64,000 nt of DNA from Candidatus Eiseniibacteriota bacterium. Lineage in GTDB: Bacteria; Orphanbacterota; Orphanbacteria; Orphanbacterales; Orphanbacteraceae. Within the stretch, counting starts at the first letter, position 1, and each line of letters starts with the position of its first letter. The stretch covers positions 1-64,000 of the forward strand of contig JBDROZ010000023.1 in the NCBI GenBank assembly GCA_043809585.1, in the 5' to 3' direction. Below are positions 50,505 to 61,581 of this stretch, in pieces. The translations under genes were made by a program, and so were the position numbers. The notes under the pieces were generated by a model, which was given only the letters and a program-made list of their open reading frames with translations, did no database searches and was not told where the DNA came from.

Positions 50505-52265
50505 ATGATGATCGTGGTTCCCCTTCTGGTTCTGGCTCTCCTCTTCCTCGTTTTCGAGGTTCTTTCGATCGACCTCGTCGGCATCGCCATCATCCTCGTT
50601 CTCTCGATCACGGGCGTCCTCTCCCCGGGGGACGCGGTCGCGGGTTTCTCGAGCCGCGCCGTTCTCACCGTCGGCTCCCTCTTCATCGTCGGCGAGGGGA
50701 TCCTCCGCACGGGGGCGGTCGGCTTCCTCGCCCGGCGGCTCATCGACCTCTCGAAGGGGGACTTCAAGGCGGTCCTCTTCCTCACCATCCTGTCCGTCGG
50801 GGTGGCCTCTATGTTCCTGAACAACACGCCGGTGGTGATCGTCTTCATCCCCCTCCTCCTCGGCATCGCGAGCGAGCGGCATATCTTCCCCTCCAAGATC
50901 CTCATCCCCCTCTCCTACGCGTCGATCCTCGGCGGGTCGTGCACCCTGATCGGCACGTCGACGAACATTCTCGTCAGCACAATGGCCGAAGCCCACGGGC
51001 ACCCCCCGATCGCCATGTTCGAGCTGACCTCGGTGGGGATCTGCCTGTTCCTGGTCGGCGCCGTCTACTTGATGACGGTGGGCCGCAAACTCCTCCCCGA
51101 GCACCGGACCCTCACCACCCAGGCACGGGGCGGGAGCCTCAGGGAGTTCGTCACCGAGGTGGAAGTGCTCTGGGGGAGCGAGGCGGTGGGCAAGGGGGTG
51201 CGGGAGATCTTCGCTCCCGGCGGCCCGATCGTGCTCGCCCTCGTGCGCGGGGAGGAGATGGTCTGGCCCCCCTTCAAGGACGTGAAGGTCCAGGAGGGCG
51301 ATCTTTACATCCTACAGGGGAACGTGAACGACATCGCGGCTCTCGAGGGGCGCGACGGCGTGCGCGTTCTGCCGGGGCTGATCGACGGGAGTTTCAAGTT
51401 CGAGCCGAAGACCATGACCTTCGTCGAACTCGTGGTGCCCCCCGATTCGGTCTGCGTCGGCTGCCGGGTGCGGGACCTCGGTCTCCGGCGGAAGGCGGAC
51501 CTCGTGCCGATCGCCCTCATGCGCGGGGGCCGCCACATCCGGGCCAAGGTGTCGGACCTCGTCATTCGCCCGGGCGACGTGCTCCTCGCTTTCGGGAGCG
51601 AGGAGGGGGTGCGGGAGGTGAGCGAGGGGCGGGACTTCCTCCTCATGGAGGGGATCCACGAGACCTTCGTCAACCGTCGCCGGGCCCGGGTGGCCGTCTC
51701 GATCCTCGGGCTCGTCATGCTCGGCCTTTCGACCGGACTCGTGCCGATGGAGGCGGCCGCCCTCGGAGGGGCGTTCCTCATGATCGTGACCGGGTGCCTC
51801 ACGCCCGCCCAGGCGTACCGCTCGGTGAACTGGCCGATTCTGATCCTCGTGGCCGGCACCCTCGCCCTCGGGCAGGCCCTCGAAGTGACCGGTACCGCGG
51901 GGCGCATCGCGGGCCCCCTCGTCTGGATCGGCGGGCAATGGGGACCGTGGGCCGCCCTCGCCGCCCTCTATCTCGCCACGTCGATGATCACCGCCGTCCT
52001 CACCAACAACGCCACGGCGGTTCTCCTCGTCCCCATCGCCCTCAGCGTCGCCTCCTCCCTCGGCGTCGACTCCCGGCCCTTCCTGATCACCATCGCCTTC
52101 GCCGCCTCCGCCGCCTTCGCCACGCCTCTGGGCTACCAGACGAACCTCCTCGTCTACGGCCCCGGCGGGTATCGCTTCACCGACTTCGTGAAGATCGGCG
52201 CGCCGCTGACGATCCTGCTGTGGATCGTCGCGACGGTCCTGATTCCGCTGGTTTGGAAGTTTTAG
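50505..52265 (+). CDS. SLC13/CitMHS permease with TrkA-C domains
   Basis: FLNNTP, TLIGTSTN, LTNNAT and TPLGYQTN motifs. Confidence 0.9.
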   Translation: MMIVVPLLVLALLFLVFEVLSIDLVGIAIILVLSITGVLSPGDAVAGFSSRAVLTVGSLFIVGEGILRTGAVGFLARRLIDLSKGDFKAVLFLTILSVGVASMFLNNTPVVIVFIPLLLGIASERHIFPSKILIPLSYASILGGSCTLIGTSTNILVSTMAEAHGHPPIAMFELTSVGICLFLVGAVYLMTVGRKLLPEHRTLTTQARGGSLREFVTEVEVLWGSEAVGKGVREIFAPGGPIVLALVRGEEMVWPPFKDVKVQEGDLYILQGNVNDIAALEGRDGVRVLPGLIDGSFKFEPKTMTFVELVVPPDSVCVGCRVRDLGLRRKADLVPIALMRGGRHIRAKVSDLVIRPGDVLLAFGSEEGVREVSEGRDFLLMEGIHETFVNRRRARVAVSILGLVMLGLSTGLVPMEAAALGGAFLMIVTGCLTPAQAYRSVNWPILILVAGTLALGQALEVTGTAGRIAGPLVWIGGQWGPWAALAALYLATSMITAVLTNNATAVLLVPIALSVASSLGVDSRPFLITIAFAASAAFATPLGYQTNLLVYGPGGYRFTDFVKIGAPLTILLWIVATVLIPLVWKF

Positions 52266-52297
52266 AGCAACAGCCTCATTGCAGAGTGCTGTTCTCC

Positions 52298-52571
52298 TCG
52301 GACTCCTCTTCTGCACCCTGGAATGGTCGTGCTCGCGTGCAGTACCCTTCCGGAAGACGGCGGGGTGGGGGAGCGGCGTCGGGAGGGCAGGGGGCATAAC
52401 CGGGGCGTTGTTGCCGACTCCAACAACCCGCCCACTACGAGGCCGGAGAAAGGGAGGGTTTTCTTCCGCAGCACGACGAGCGTTCAAGCCTGCCCCTCTA
52501 TCCCTCCCGGAGCCGCCCCCCCACCGCGTCGATGATGAATGTGGGGGACACGAAACGAGTTCATGTCCCCC
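52298..52571 (+). repeat. Composite repeat including family copy E (52356-52530) and the hairpin
   Basis: Matches 45243-45515 in inverted orientation. Confidence 0.85.
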
Positions 52572-52587
52572 ACATCGCCGGAGGCCA

Positions 52588-52777
52588 GTCCTGAGTAGGA
52601 CCGAAGGTCCGTATCGAAGGGCTCGGGCGGAACCAGTCCCCCGCTCATTCCAAAGCAACAAGCGCGGTTTGACTGATGAGGAGCCCACAGGCCCGGGTGG
52701 GCGGACGCCATCTCTCTTCTTCTATCCGGACGGCCCTTCGATACGCTCGCTCACTCCGCTCGCGAGCTACTCAGGAC
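52588..52777. repeat. Inverted REP-like doublet (GTCCTGAGTAG-hairpin-CGTATCGAAGGGC)
   Basis: 52588-52622 and 52733-52777 are reverse complements with different central hairpins. Confidence 0.7.
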
Positions 52778-52807
52778 ACACGGAGTATTAGATCCGAATT
52801 CGGCACT

Positions 52808-52988
52808 CCTTGCTGATCAATCCCCGCCACGGGCGGGTGGCCGGGGTGTTGGGTGGGGGGATGAAGCGGCGAGTTGCCGGGAGCGCCGGTGAGCTTCGAG
52901 CCGGCCACCGGAAGATCGAGTAGGCGCGGACGGCTTGTCTGAGCCGCCATCCCCCCCACCCACGCCCCGGACAGGCCCTGCCCGTGCT
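52808..52988. other. Structured intergenic element
   Basis: Long nested stems; shares motifs with 7138-7267 and 44793-44990. Confidence 0.6.
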
Positions 52989-53015
52989 CCTACTCTTCCT
53001 GCACCGCCGCCCGTA

Positions 53016-53831
53016 CTACCAGTACCTCTCCAAATGAATCGTGCCGTCCGGATTCTTCCTCCGGTTCCATTCCGAGAAGCCCCGGGTTTCCAGGTGCTTC
53101 GCCGTCTCCTCCACCATTCCCGGGTTCCCGCAGAGGAAGAAGTGCTGTTTCTTCGAGTCGATCGCCCGCCCCCACCCGGTCTCGAACCTCCCGTCCGCGA
53201 TGAACTCGTTGACCCGGCCCACCGGGCCGCTCCAGGGGTCCCGCTTCGCCGTCCGCGTGATGCTCGGCATGTAGAAGAAGTTCGAACAGATTTTCTGGAA
53301 CGACGAGAGCTCCGATCGGTATCCCAGGTCCCAACTGTGCCGCGCCCCGTGGAGCACCGCCCAGCACCGCCCCCCGCCGCATTCCTCGGTGAGCTTCGTC
53401 CGGAGCATGCTGATGTAGGGCGCGAGGCCGGTTCCCGTCGCGACCATCACGACGTCCCTGTCCGGCGGCACCGAGTCGAGGGTGAAGACGCCCACCGCCT
53501 TCGGCGACACGAAGAGCCGGGCGCCCACTTCCAGGGCGAGAAGCCGGGGCGTCAGCGCGCCCGTGGAAACGAGCACGACGAAGAACTCCAACTCGTTCTC
53601 GTCGCTCCCCGACGCGATCGAGTACGCCCGTTTGACCAGCTTCTCCGGGGCGGGCGGCTCCGCCTCCGTCTCGCTCTCCATCACCCGGGGCTCGCTCCCC
53701 TTCAGGGCGAGCACCGTGTACTGGCCCGGTTCGAACTCGTAAGGGCGCCGGTCCGGACGGACCCCCAGGATCACCAGCCCGCCCGTCACGATTTCCTTCC
53801 TCGTCAGTGTCGCGTTGTACTCGATCCCCAT
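53016..53831 (-). CDS. fpr: Ferredoxin/flavodoxin-NADP+ reductase
   Basis: RAYSIAS, ATGTGLAP, LCGNPGM and terminal ERYW. Confidence 0.9.
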   Translation of the reverse strand: MGIEYNATLTRKEIVTGGLVILGVRPDRRPYEFEPGQYTVLALKGSEPRVMESETEAEPPAPEKLVKRAYSIASGSDENELEFFVVLVSTGALTPRLLALEVGARLFVSPKAVGVFTLDSVPPDRDVVMVATGTGLAPYISMLRTKLTEECGGGRCWAVLHGARHSWDLGYRSELSSFQKICSNFFYMPSITRTAKRDPWSGPVGRVNEFIADGRFETGWGRAIDSKKQHFFLCGNPGMVEETAKHLETRGFSEWNRRKNPDGTIHLERYW

Positions 53832-55496
53832 CAGGGTTTCTTCTCCGAGAGCGCTTTCGAGATGGCCTCCTTCAGCTTTCTGAGGTCGAAGGGCTTGTAG
53901 AGGACTTCCACGACGCCCTCGCGCCTCGCCCGGACCGCGATATGGGAAGGATCGTACCCGTAGGCCGTGATCAGGATCACCGGCAACTCCGGGGCGACCT
54001 CCTTCAGCTTCTGCACCACCCGGTTTCCGTCGAGCTTGGGCATCCGGATGTCGCTGATGACCAGATCATAATGAGACTCCCGGACTTTTGCGATCACCTG
54101 AGCGCCGTCTTCGGCGTCTTCCACGAGAAAACCGTCACCCTCCAGGATTTCGCGGAGGAACTTCCGCACATGGAGCTGGTCGTCCGCCACCAGGATCCGG
54201 ATCTCCTTCGCGTTCGTCAACTTCTCGAGGGTGCGGTCCACGTCGACCATCGCGACACCGTCCAGATAGGGCTTGGTCTCGTACTCCTTCCCCTTCGCCA
54301 TGAGCTGGAGCTTCTCCGTGATCTGGCCGATGCGGAGCGCTTCCTCCTGGATCACCCGGAGGCGGTACTTCTCCTTGTCCATCTCCCGCTTGAATCCCTT
54401 GTCCTGGAGGCTCCCCTTCACCTCCGGGTCCTGCAGGAAGCGGTGGGAGAGCTCGCACGCGGAGAGGATCGACTCGAGGAAGTTATTCACCTCGTGAGAG
54501 AGCATGGCGCCCACCTCGCCGAGGGTGGCGATCTTCTCCGCCTTGATCAGCTCCCGTTCGAGCTTCTTGATCGGCCGGAGGTCCTTCGAGATTCCGGCGA
54601 GGCCGATCTCCTCCCCGTCGGGGTTGTAGAGGATCGACGCGGAAAGGGAGACGGGGATCTTCTCCCCCGACTTGGCGCGCAGGCTCGTCTCGTAGTTGGA
54701 GATGCGGCCCGAGTCACCGCCCGGCCGCTTCGCCCGGAGGGCGAACCGGACGCGCCGCGCCTCGTCGACCGACTCGTAGATGAGGATCACCGAACGCCCC
54801 AACACCTCGTCCCGCTTGTATCCGAGCAGACCGGAGGCGCCGCTGTTGAAGAGGACGATCAGTCCTTCGGGGTCGGTGGTGATGATCGCGTCGGGGGAGC
54901 TCTCGATCAGGGGTCTGGAGGTAGGCCCGTGTATGCTGCATCTCCTCGATCAGGAGGCTCGTCTCGATGCAGATCGCCGCTTCCCGGGCGAAGAGCTCGA
55001 GGATCCGGATCGAGTCCGCCGTGGGGCGCCGCCCGTCGAAAGGGTCGTCCACGGAGAGCGTGCCGATCACCCGTCGGTCCCGGCCGTAAAGGGGGACGAA
55101 GAGCATGTCGTCCGGGTGCCAGTCGACGAACTCCGATATCGCGCGGCGGCTCGCGATGCCGTCCTTGAGGACCTCCCGGCCGACCCGGTCGTCGTGGGGG
55201 ATGAAGAAGGAGCTGCCGAGCCGGTACCGATCGTCGAGAAGGCGTTTCCGCTCCTCCGGAGCGAGGGGCGCCCTCTTCCGCATCCGGTCCACGTCCTCTT
55301 TCTCGATGCCGGCCGATCCGATGCGGATCACGTTCCACTTGTCGTCGAGAAGGGAAATGAGGGCGCGCCGGTAGGTCCGGGCCTCGACGATCCCCCCGGC
55401 GATCAGGTCGAGCTTCTCCTGGAGATCTTCGATGCTCTGAATCCGGGTCGAGACGTGGAGAAAAACCTCGTACTGCCGATCCCGCCCTTCCTCCAT
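53831..55496 (-). CDS. GAF-PAS-HisKA-REC signalling protein, frameshifted near 54912
   Basis: Removing one base restores ...YLQTLIESSPDAIITTD; SHEVNN and ISDIRMP motifs. Confidence 0.8.
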
Positions 55497-55532
55497 CGGC
55501 GGTACCTCCGTCTTCCGGGGGAATCGCCCCGG

Positions 55533-56414
55533 TTACTCGAGAAGGGCCCGGGCGAACTCCTCGGCGGAGAACTCCATCAGGTCGCCGACGCTCTCGCCGA
55601 CCCCCACGTAAAGGACGGGAAGGTCCGTCTCCTCCCGGATCGAGAGGATCACGCCCCCCCGGGCCGTCCCGTCCAGCTTGGTGAGCACGATGCCGTCCAC
55701 CGCGACCGCCTCGCCGAACAGCTTCGCCTGAGAGACCGCGTTCTGGCCGGTGGTGGCGTCGAGGACCAGCAGCGTCTCCTGGGGATAGGCTTCGCCGTGT
55801 TTCTTCAGCACCCGGCGGATCTTTTTCAGCTCCTCCATCAGATTGGAGCGCGTCTGGAGGCGCCCCGCCGTGTCGACGAGGAGGACGTCCGCTTCCCGGG
55901 CGATCGCCGAGGCCAGCGCGTCGTAGGCCACCGAGGCGGCGTCCGCTCCCCGCTCCTGGCGGATCACCGCGGCGCCGGTCCTCTTCCCCCAAATCTCGAG
56001 CTGTTCGATCGCCGCCGCCCGGAACGTGTCGGCCGCGGCGAGGACGACCTGCTTCCCCTCGGCGGCGTACTTCGCCGCCAGCTTGCCCGCCGTGGTGGTC
56101 TTCCCCGATCCGTTCGTGCCGACAAGCAGCACGACGTGCGGCTTTCCGCCCCGGCGGGGGGGGGCGCCGGTCCCGTTTCCGGCCAGGATCCGGGTCACCT
56201 CTTCCCTGAGGAGGTCCCAAGGGTCTCCCGGCTCGGCTTCGATCCGCTCCAGAATGCGCCGGGCCGCGCGGACACCCACGTCCCCGCGGATCAGCGCCTC
56301 CTCCATCTCCTCGATCCGCTCCTCCCCTTCGGCCCGCGCGGCGAGACGGAGGGACGACACCAGGCCCTCCCGGGTCTTCTTCAGCCCCCGGCGCAGATCG
56401 TCGAAGAGGCCCAC
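55533..56414 (-). CDS. ftsY: SRP receptor FtsY (in frame with smc, no intervening stop)
   Basis: GTNGSGKTTT, DTFRAAA, DTAGR and TKLDG motifs; GTG after GGGGAG. Confidence 0.9.
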   Translation of the reverse strand: MGLFDDLRRGLKKTREGLVSSLRLAARAEGEERIEEMEEALIRGDVGVRAARRILERIEAEPGDPWDLLREEVTRILAGNGTGAPPRRGGKPHVVLLVGTNGSGKTTTAGKLAAKYAAEGKQVVLAAADTFRAAAIEQLEIWGKRTGAAVIRQERGADAASVAYDALASAIAREADVLLVDTAGRLQTRSNLMEELKKIRRVLKKHGEAYPQETLLVLDATTGQNAVSQAKLFGEAVAVDGIVLTKLDGTARGGVILSIREETDLPVLYVGVGESVGDLMEFSAEEFARALLE

Positions 56415-59400
56415 CCCCAACTCCCCCTGCCCCGTGATCGCGGCGATTCGGGCGTCCTCCTCCTCCCGGCTGAGGGTGGCTCCGCCGAGCCTCACCGAGA
56501 CCGCCCGCGAGACCCCGGCCTCCTCCATGGTGACGCCGTACAGGTAGTCGGCGGCTTCCATGGTCAGGCGGTTGTGGGTGATGACCACGAATTGGGTCTT
56601 GTCGGTGAAGCGCTGGAGCATCGCGAGGAAGCGCCCCACGTTGGCGTCGTCGAGGGGAGCGTCGAGCTCGTCCAGAATGCAGAAAGGGCTCGGCTTCTCG
56701 AGGTAGAGGGCGAAGAGGATCGCGATCGCCGTGAGGGCCCGCTCGCCGCTCGAGAGGAGCGCGATCTTCTGGGGGCGCTTGTTGCCGGGCCGGGCGGTCA
56801 CTTCGATCTCGCTCATCAGGGGCTCGTCCGGATCGGCCAAGGTGAGGTCCGCCTCCCCCCCTTCGAACAGGGCCTCGAAGGTCTCCCGGAAGTTCAAACG
56901 GACACGGTCGAAAGTATCTCCGAAGAGGGTGCGGGCCTTCCGGTCCACGGTGCGGATCGTCTCCCGGAGGGAGTCCCGTGCCTCGAGGAGGTCCTGTTCC
57001 TGCCCGCGGAGAAACTCGTAACGCTCGTTCTCCTCGTCGAACTCGTCGAGGGCGACCAGGTTCACCGGTCCGAGCCGCCGGAGTTGGTCCTTCCGGTCCG
57101 CCACGGCCGCCCGTATCTCCCCTTCCCCCATCGGCTCCTCCGGGGGCTCGAGGTCCTCCGCCTCCCCCGGGGCTACGTCGAACTCCTCCCGGCTCCTCTC
57201 TTCGATCGTCTCCCGCCGGAGGTCGATCTCCCGGAGCCGCATGTCGTGGGCGTGGACTTCCTCGCCGAAGGTCTCCTTTCGCTTCCGGTCGTCCTTGATC
57301 GAGTCCTCCCGTTCCCGGATGCCGCCGCCGATCCGGTTCACTTCGCCGAGGACCTCGTCCCGGATCTCCGTCTCCTTCTCCCTCTCTTCGGCGAGATTCG
57401 CCTCCGAATCCCGGAGCGCCTCCCTCCGCTCTGCGGTCTGCTCCAGGATGCGGCCCCCCGCGGCGAGCTCTTCCCGCTTCCGGGTGATCTCCTCGCCGAG
57501 TTCCCGTTCCCGGCGGCCGAGGGAAGAGAGTTCGGTTTCGATGGAGCGCTTCTTCCCCTCCGCTTCGGCCAGGGCGACCTGAGCGTCGGAGAAGAGGCGG
57601 CGCGCGTCGTCACGGTTCAGCTCCAGCTCCACCATCTCCGCCTCGATCTCGCGGAGCGAACGGTCCGCTTCGGACCCGTCGGCGCCGATCGACTGCATCT
57701 CGACGCGCATCGACTCGAGACGATTCCGGATCGCCCCGAGATCGGAGCCGATCTGGGACCGCTCCCGGCGGATCCCCTCGGCGCTCTCCCGGACTCCCTC
57801 GAGAGAGGTGCGGCGGCGCGCCCGCTCCCGGGCCGCCTCCTCCACCCGCTGCACGATCCGATCGAGTTCGGCGATCAGGGCCGCCCGCTCCTCGCGGCAC
57901 CGGTGGAAGCCGGCTTCCGCCTTCTCCTTCACCTCGATCATGCGCTCCACGCCGATCGACGCTTCCTTCAGTTCCGCTTCCAGCTCGGCGATGCGGGACC
58001 GCCGCTCGTAGATGCCGACTCCGTCGCCGGATCGCCCGCCGCCGAAAATGACGCCGGGGAAGCGGGCCCCCTCGCCGGTGGAGGTGATGAAGCGGAAGCC
58101 CCGCCAGCGCCCGTCCCGGGAGAGGCGGATCGCCGTGTCCAGGTCGCGAACGAAGATCACCTCGGCGATGAGGAACCGGATCATCGCCTCGGTCCCCTCG
58201 CCGGGCCGAACGTACGCCGAGGCCGGACCGATCACGCCCGAGTCCCCGAGAAGTTCCGGCGGCGGATCGGGCAGGGCGTCGCCGAATCGCTCCCGGGGGA
58301 GGATCGTCGCCCACCCCTTCTCCCCTTCCCGGAGGTAGCCGAGCAGGTCGAGGGCGTCCCCCTCGCTGCCGACGAGAACGCACTGGAGCGCGTCACCGAG
58401 GGCGTTCTCGAAGGCGGGGAGGTACTCCGGCGGGTCCACCTCGATCAGCTCCGCCACGACGCCGAGGATCGACTCCGGTTTCGGGCGCTCCCGGAGGATG
58501 CTCCGCACGCCGTCCCGGTACCCTTCGTATTCGCGGCGCAGCCTGAGGAGGAGCCGGAGCGTCGACTCGAGGCTCTCCCGTTTCCCCTGCAGCAGAACGA
58601 GGCTCTCCGCCACCTCCGCCCTCTGAGCGCGGGCGTTTTCGAGAGCCTCTTCCGACTGGTCCCGCCGCTCCCGGAGACGCTTCGCCTCCGCCACCAGGCT
58701 CTCATGGTCCTCTTCCGTCCGTCCCGCTTCCCCGGCGAGCGCGGCTTCCTCTTTCTCGAGGCCGGCGAGGCGCGCGGCGAGGGTCTCCTCCCGCTCCGCC
58801 AGGTTCGCGAGCCGCGTCTCGAGATTGCCCACCTCGTTCCGCTTCTCCGACTCGCCCACGAAGAGATCGAGGTGCTGCTGTTTCCTCTGAAGGAGCTCCG
58901 CTTTCGTCTGGGCCACCCGCTCCTGAATGGCCCGGTTCTCCTTCTTCTTCCGCTCCCCGTCCTCTTCGAGGCCCCGGATCTCCGCGACCGCGGCCTCGAA
59001 TTCCTCGCTCTTCTTCCCGCGAACCAGGGCGGTCTCCCGGATGCGCTCGTTCCCCTCCCGGATCTCCTGTTCGAGGGCGACCTGGCGGGAGCCCACGCCG
59101 CTCTCCCGCTCGCCCAAGACCAGGAGCTCGCTCTGGATGCGCTCGATCTTCTGGTCCGTTCCGTCGAGGGCCTTCTGCGCCCCCGTGAGGGCCGTCTCCT
59201 TCTCGCGGAGGACGAGCCGGTCCCGTTCGATCTCCGCCTCGATCCCGGCGAGGCGTCCCGCGATCTCCTGCTGCCCCCGGAAAGCGCTCTCCCGGCGCCC
59301 CTTCAGGTCCCTTTCTTCCGCGCCGAGCCGTTCGAGCTCCATGCGCCCCGCGAGAAGGGACAGGTTTCGGATCTCGGCGGTCAGCACATTGTGCCGCTTC

Positions 59401-60035
59401 GCCTTGCCGATCTGCCGCTTCAGGGCGCGGACCCGCTTCTCGACCTCCGCCACGATGTCCCGGATCCGGAGAAGGTCCCCCTCCGTGGCGTCGAGCTTCC
59501 TGAGGGCGATCTTCTCCTGGGTCTTGTACTTCATGATGCCCGCCGCCTCTTCGAGCATGAGGCGCAGGTTCACGGTGGTATTGCCGAGCAGGGTGTCGAT
59601 CATCCCCCGCTCCAGGAGGAGGTACGACGAGTTGCCGAGCCCCGTGTCCATGAAGATGCCCTTCACGTCCTTCAGGCGGCAGGTTTGTTTGTTGATCAGA
59701 TACTCGCTGACGCCGGAGCGGTAGACCCGGCGGGTCACGCGGATCTCCGGGTAGTCGACGCTGAACGCCCGGGCCTCGTTGTCGATGTGGAGAGAAACTT
59801 CGGCCATCCCGAGGGGCTTCCGGGAGCGGGTGCCGTTGAAGATGACGTCGTCCATCGTCTCCCCCCGGAGAAGACGGGCGTTCTGCTCGCCGAGCACCCA
59901 CCGGATGGCGTCGGAGATGTTCGACTTGCCGCATCCGTTCGGCCCGATCACCGCGGTGAATCCGTCGCCGAACTGAAGCTCCAGCTTGTTCATGAACGAC
60001 TTGAAGCCGAAGATCTCGATCTTTTTCAGGTACAT
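56415..60035 (-). CDS. smc: Chromosome segregation protein SMC (ORF reads through to 55533)
   Basis: GFKSF, GPNGCGKSN, hinge, LSSGE, LDELDAPLD and ITH motifs. Confidence 0.95.
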
Positions 60036-60057
60036 GGGCTCTCCACGGCCCGAGGGC

Positions 60058-61581
60058 CTACGGATTCACCCGGACCGCGAGGCCGTAGTCGAGGCCGAAG
60101 GCCGCCTTCACCTCTTCCCCGTGGTTCTGCGCCTCGCCCGCCGTCGCGAATCGGCCGAGCAGGATGCGGTACCACGTGCCTTTGTCCGGGATGTTCTTTT
60201 CGACGATGGTGACGATCTCTCCCGCCCCCCGGAAACGGGCGGCGGCGCGCTCCGCGTCTTCCCTGGTCGGAAAGGACTCGACGTGCACGCCATAGTATGG
60301 CTCTCCCGCCGGAATCTCTTCCGCTCCGACCGGGGGCGCCTCCTCCGGGACAGGAGCGGGGGCCACTGCGGCCTCCGCGGTCTCTGCGGGCTCTCCGGTC
60401 TCGGTCCCGGCTCCCGCCCGTTCCGGCGCGATCGGCGCGGGGGCGGGGACCTCCTCACGGGGAACGGGCTCTTCTTCGGTGGTCGCGGGCGTCTCCGCTT
60501 CAGCCGGCGCCGGGCTCGCCTCCGCGTCCCCCGGCGCGCCGGCCGGTACGCCGGGACCGGCCTCTTCGCGGCTCCCGCCGCTCTCCTCCGGCGTCGTCCC
60601 GGCCTCCGGAACTTCGGCCCCCGCGCGGCCCCCCGCCGGGGGCTCTTCCGCCGGAATCCCGGTCGGCGGCGGGGCCACCCTCCCCGGCTGAAGGGGCGGC
60701 ATGGGGCGCTCGGTCCGTCGCGTTACTGGCGCGTCCCCGGACCCCGACCGGCGGTCGAGATAAAGCCGGGAGAAGAGCACGCCGAGCACGATCGAGAGGA
60801 CCGCGAGGAGTCCCAAGACCCGGAGGACCGGGAAGCCCTTCTTGGGCGGGACCGGCCGGGGAACGTCCTTCCGGGGCGCCGGCCCGGTGACGACCACGTC
60901 CTCGTCCGTCTCGCCGAACTCCTCCTGGAGACCGATCCGGGCGATCCGGCCCGCGGGGGCCTGCTCGGCCAGATCTCGCTCCTCTTTCGGATCGGACCCG
61001 ACGAGCAGGGTCCGGTCCGATTTCCGGACGAGGAAGGAAAGGCCGCCGTCCCGTCGCCGCACGGGCCCGATGCCGATGACCAGCTCCGCCTCCCCCCGGA
61101 GGGCCCCGAGCACCGATTCGAACTCCGGCTTCTCCCCAAGCTCCTCGGGATCGGGAGGGGGCGAGCCGGCGCCGATGACCCGGATCCGCTCGTCTTTGGT
61201 CTTGCGAAGGGCGGCGTGGAGGGAGGCGCCCCAGAGGACCATGTCCGTGACCCCCTCTTCGGGTTGGTACGGAAAGGGCTTCTTCAAGACGGGCCGCTCG
61301 AAGGAGAAGTCGACGAGAAGCACCTCCATCCCCCGGGAGGAAGCGGCGCGGGCGAGGCCGATGGCGCAGAGACCGGCGTCCCGAATCGAGGAAGGGGAGG
61401 TGACGAAGAGGAACCGGGGGAGACCCCCCGCGCTCTCGAGGCGGCCGAGGAAACTCTTTAGAAGGGTCATCGACTCCGCGGGGAACGGTTCGTCCACGCC
61501 GAGCCTCTCCGGCGCGTTCGACAGCTCGAGTCGGATCGATCCCAGATCGAGAACGGGGGTGATGTCGGGGCCGGCCGTCAC
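60058..61581 (-). CDS. Membrane-anchored SPOR-domain protein with degenerate MinD/Wzc-like N-terminus
   Basis: VLLVDF segment, TM helix, P/E/A-rich linker, YGVHVESF...WYRILLGRF. Confidence 0.75.
   Translation of the reverse strand: MTAGPDITPVLDLGSIRLELSNAPERLGVDEPFPAESMTLLKSFLGRLESAGGLPRFLFVTSPSSIRDAGLCAIGLARAASSRGMEVLLVDFSFERPVLKKPFPYQPEEGVTDMVLWGASLHAALRKTKDERIRVIGAGSPPPDPEELGEKPEFESVLGALRGEAELVIGIGPVRRRDGGLSFLVRKSDRTLLVGSDPKEERDLAEQAPAGRIARIGLQEEFGETDEDVVVTGPAPRKDVPRPVPPKKGFPVLRVLGLLAVLSIVLGVLFSRLYLDRRSGSGDAPVTRRTERPMPPLQPGRVAPPPTGIPAEEPPAGGRAGAEVPEAGTTPEESGGSREEAGPGVPAGAPGDAEASPAPAEAETPATTEEEPVPREEVPAPAPIAPERAGAGTETGEPAETAEAAVAPAPVPEEAPPVGAEEIPAGEPYYGVHVESFPTREDAERAAARFRGAGEIVTIVEKNIPDKGTWYRILLGRFATAGEAQNHGEEVKAAFGLDYGLAVRVNP

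Noticed and set aside
52528-52700. Hammerhead ribozyme (ATGATGA...GAAAC...GTC; CTGATGAG at ~52673)
   Set aside because: The first lacks the core C and stem I; the second lacks GAAA after stem II
54780-60212. 1810-aa plus-strand ORF, and similar long ORFs at 546-2498, 14110-16740, 20094-22319 and 40620-43694
   Set aside because: Antisense shadows of well-supported genes in GC-rich DNA, with no recognisable motifs
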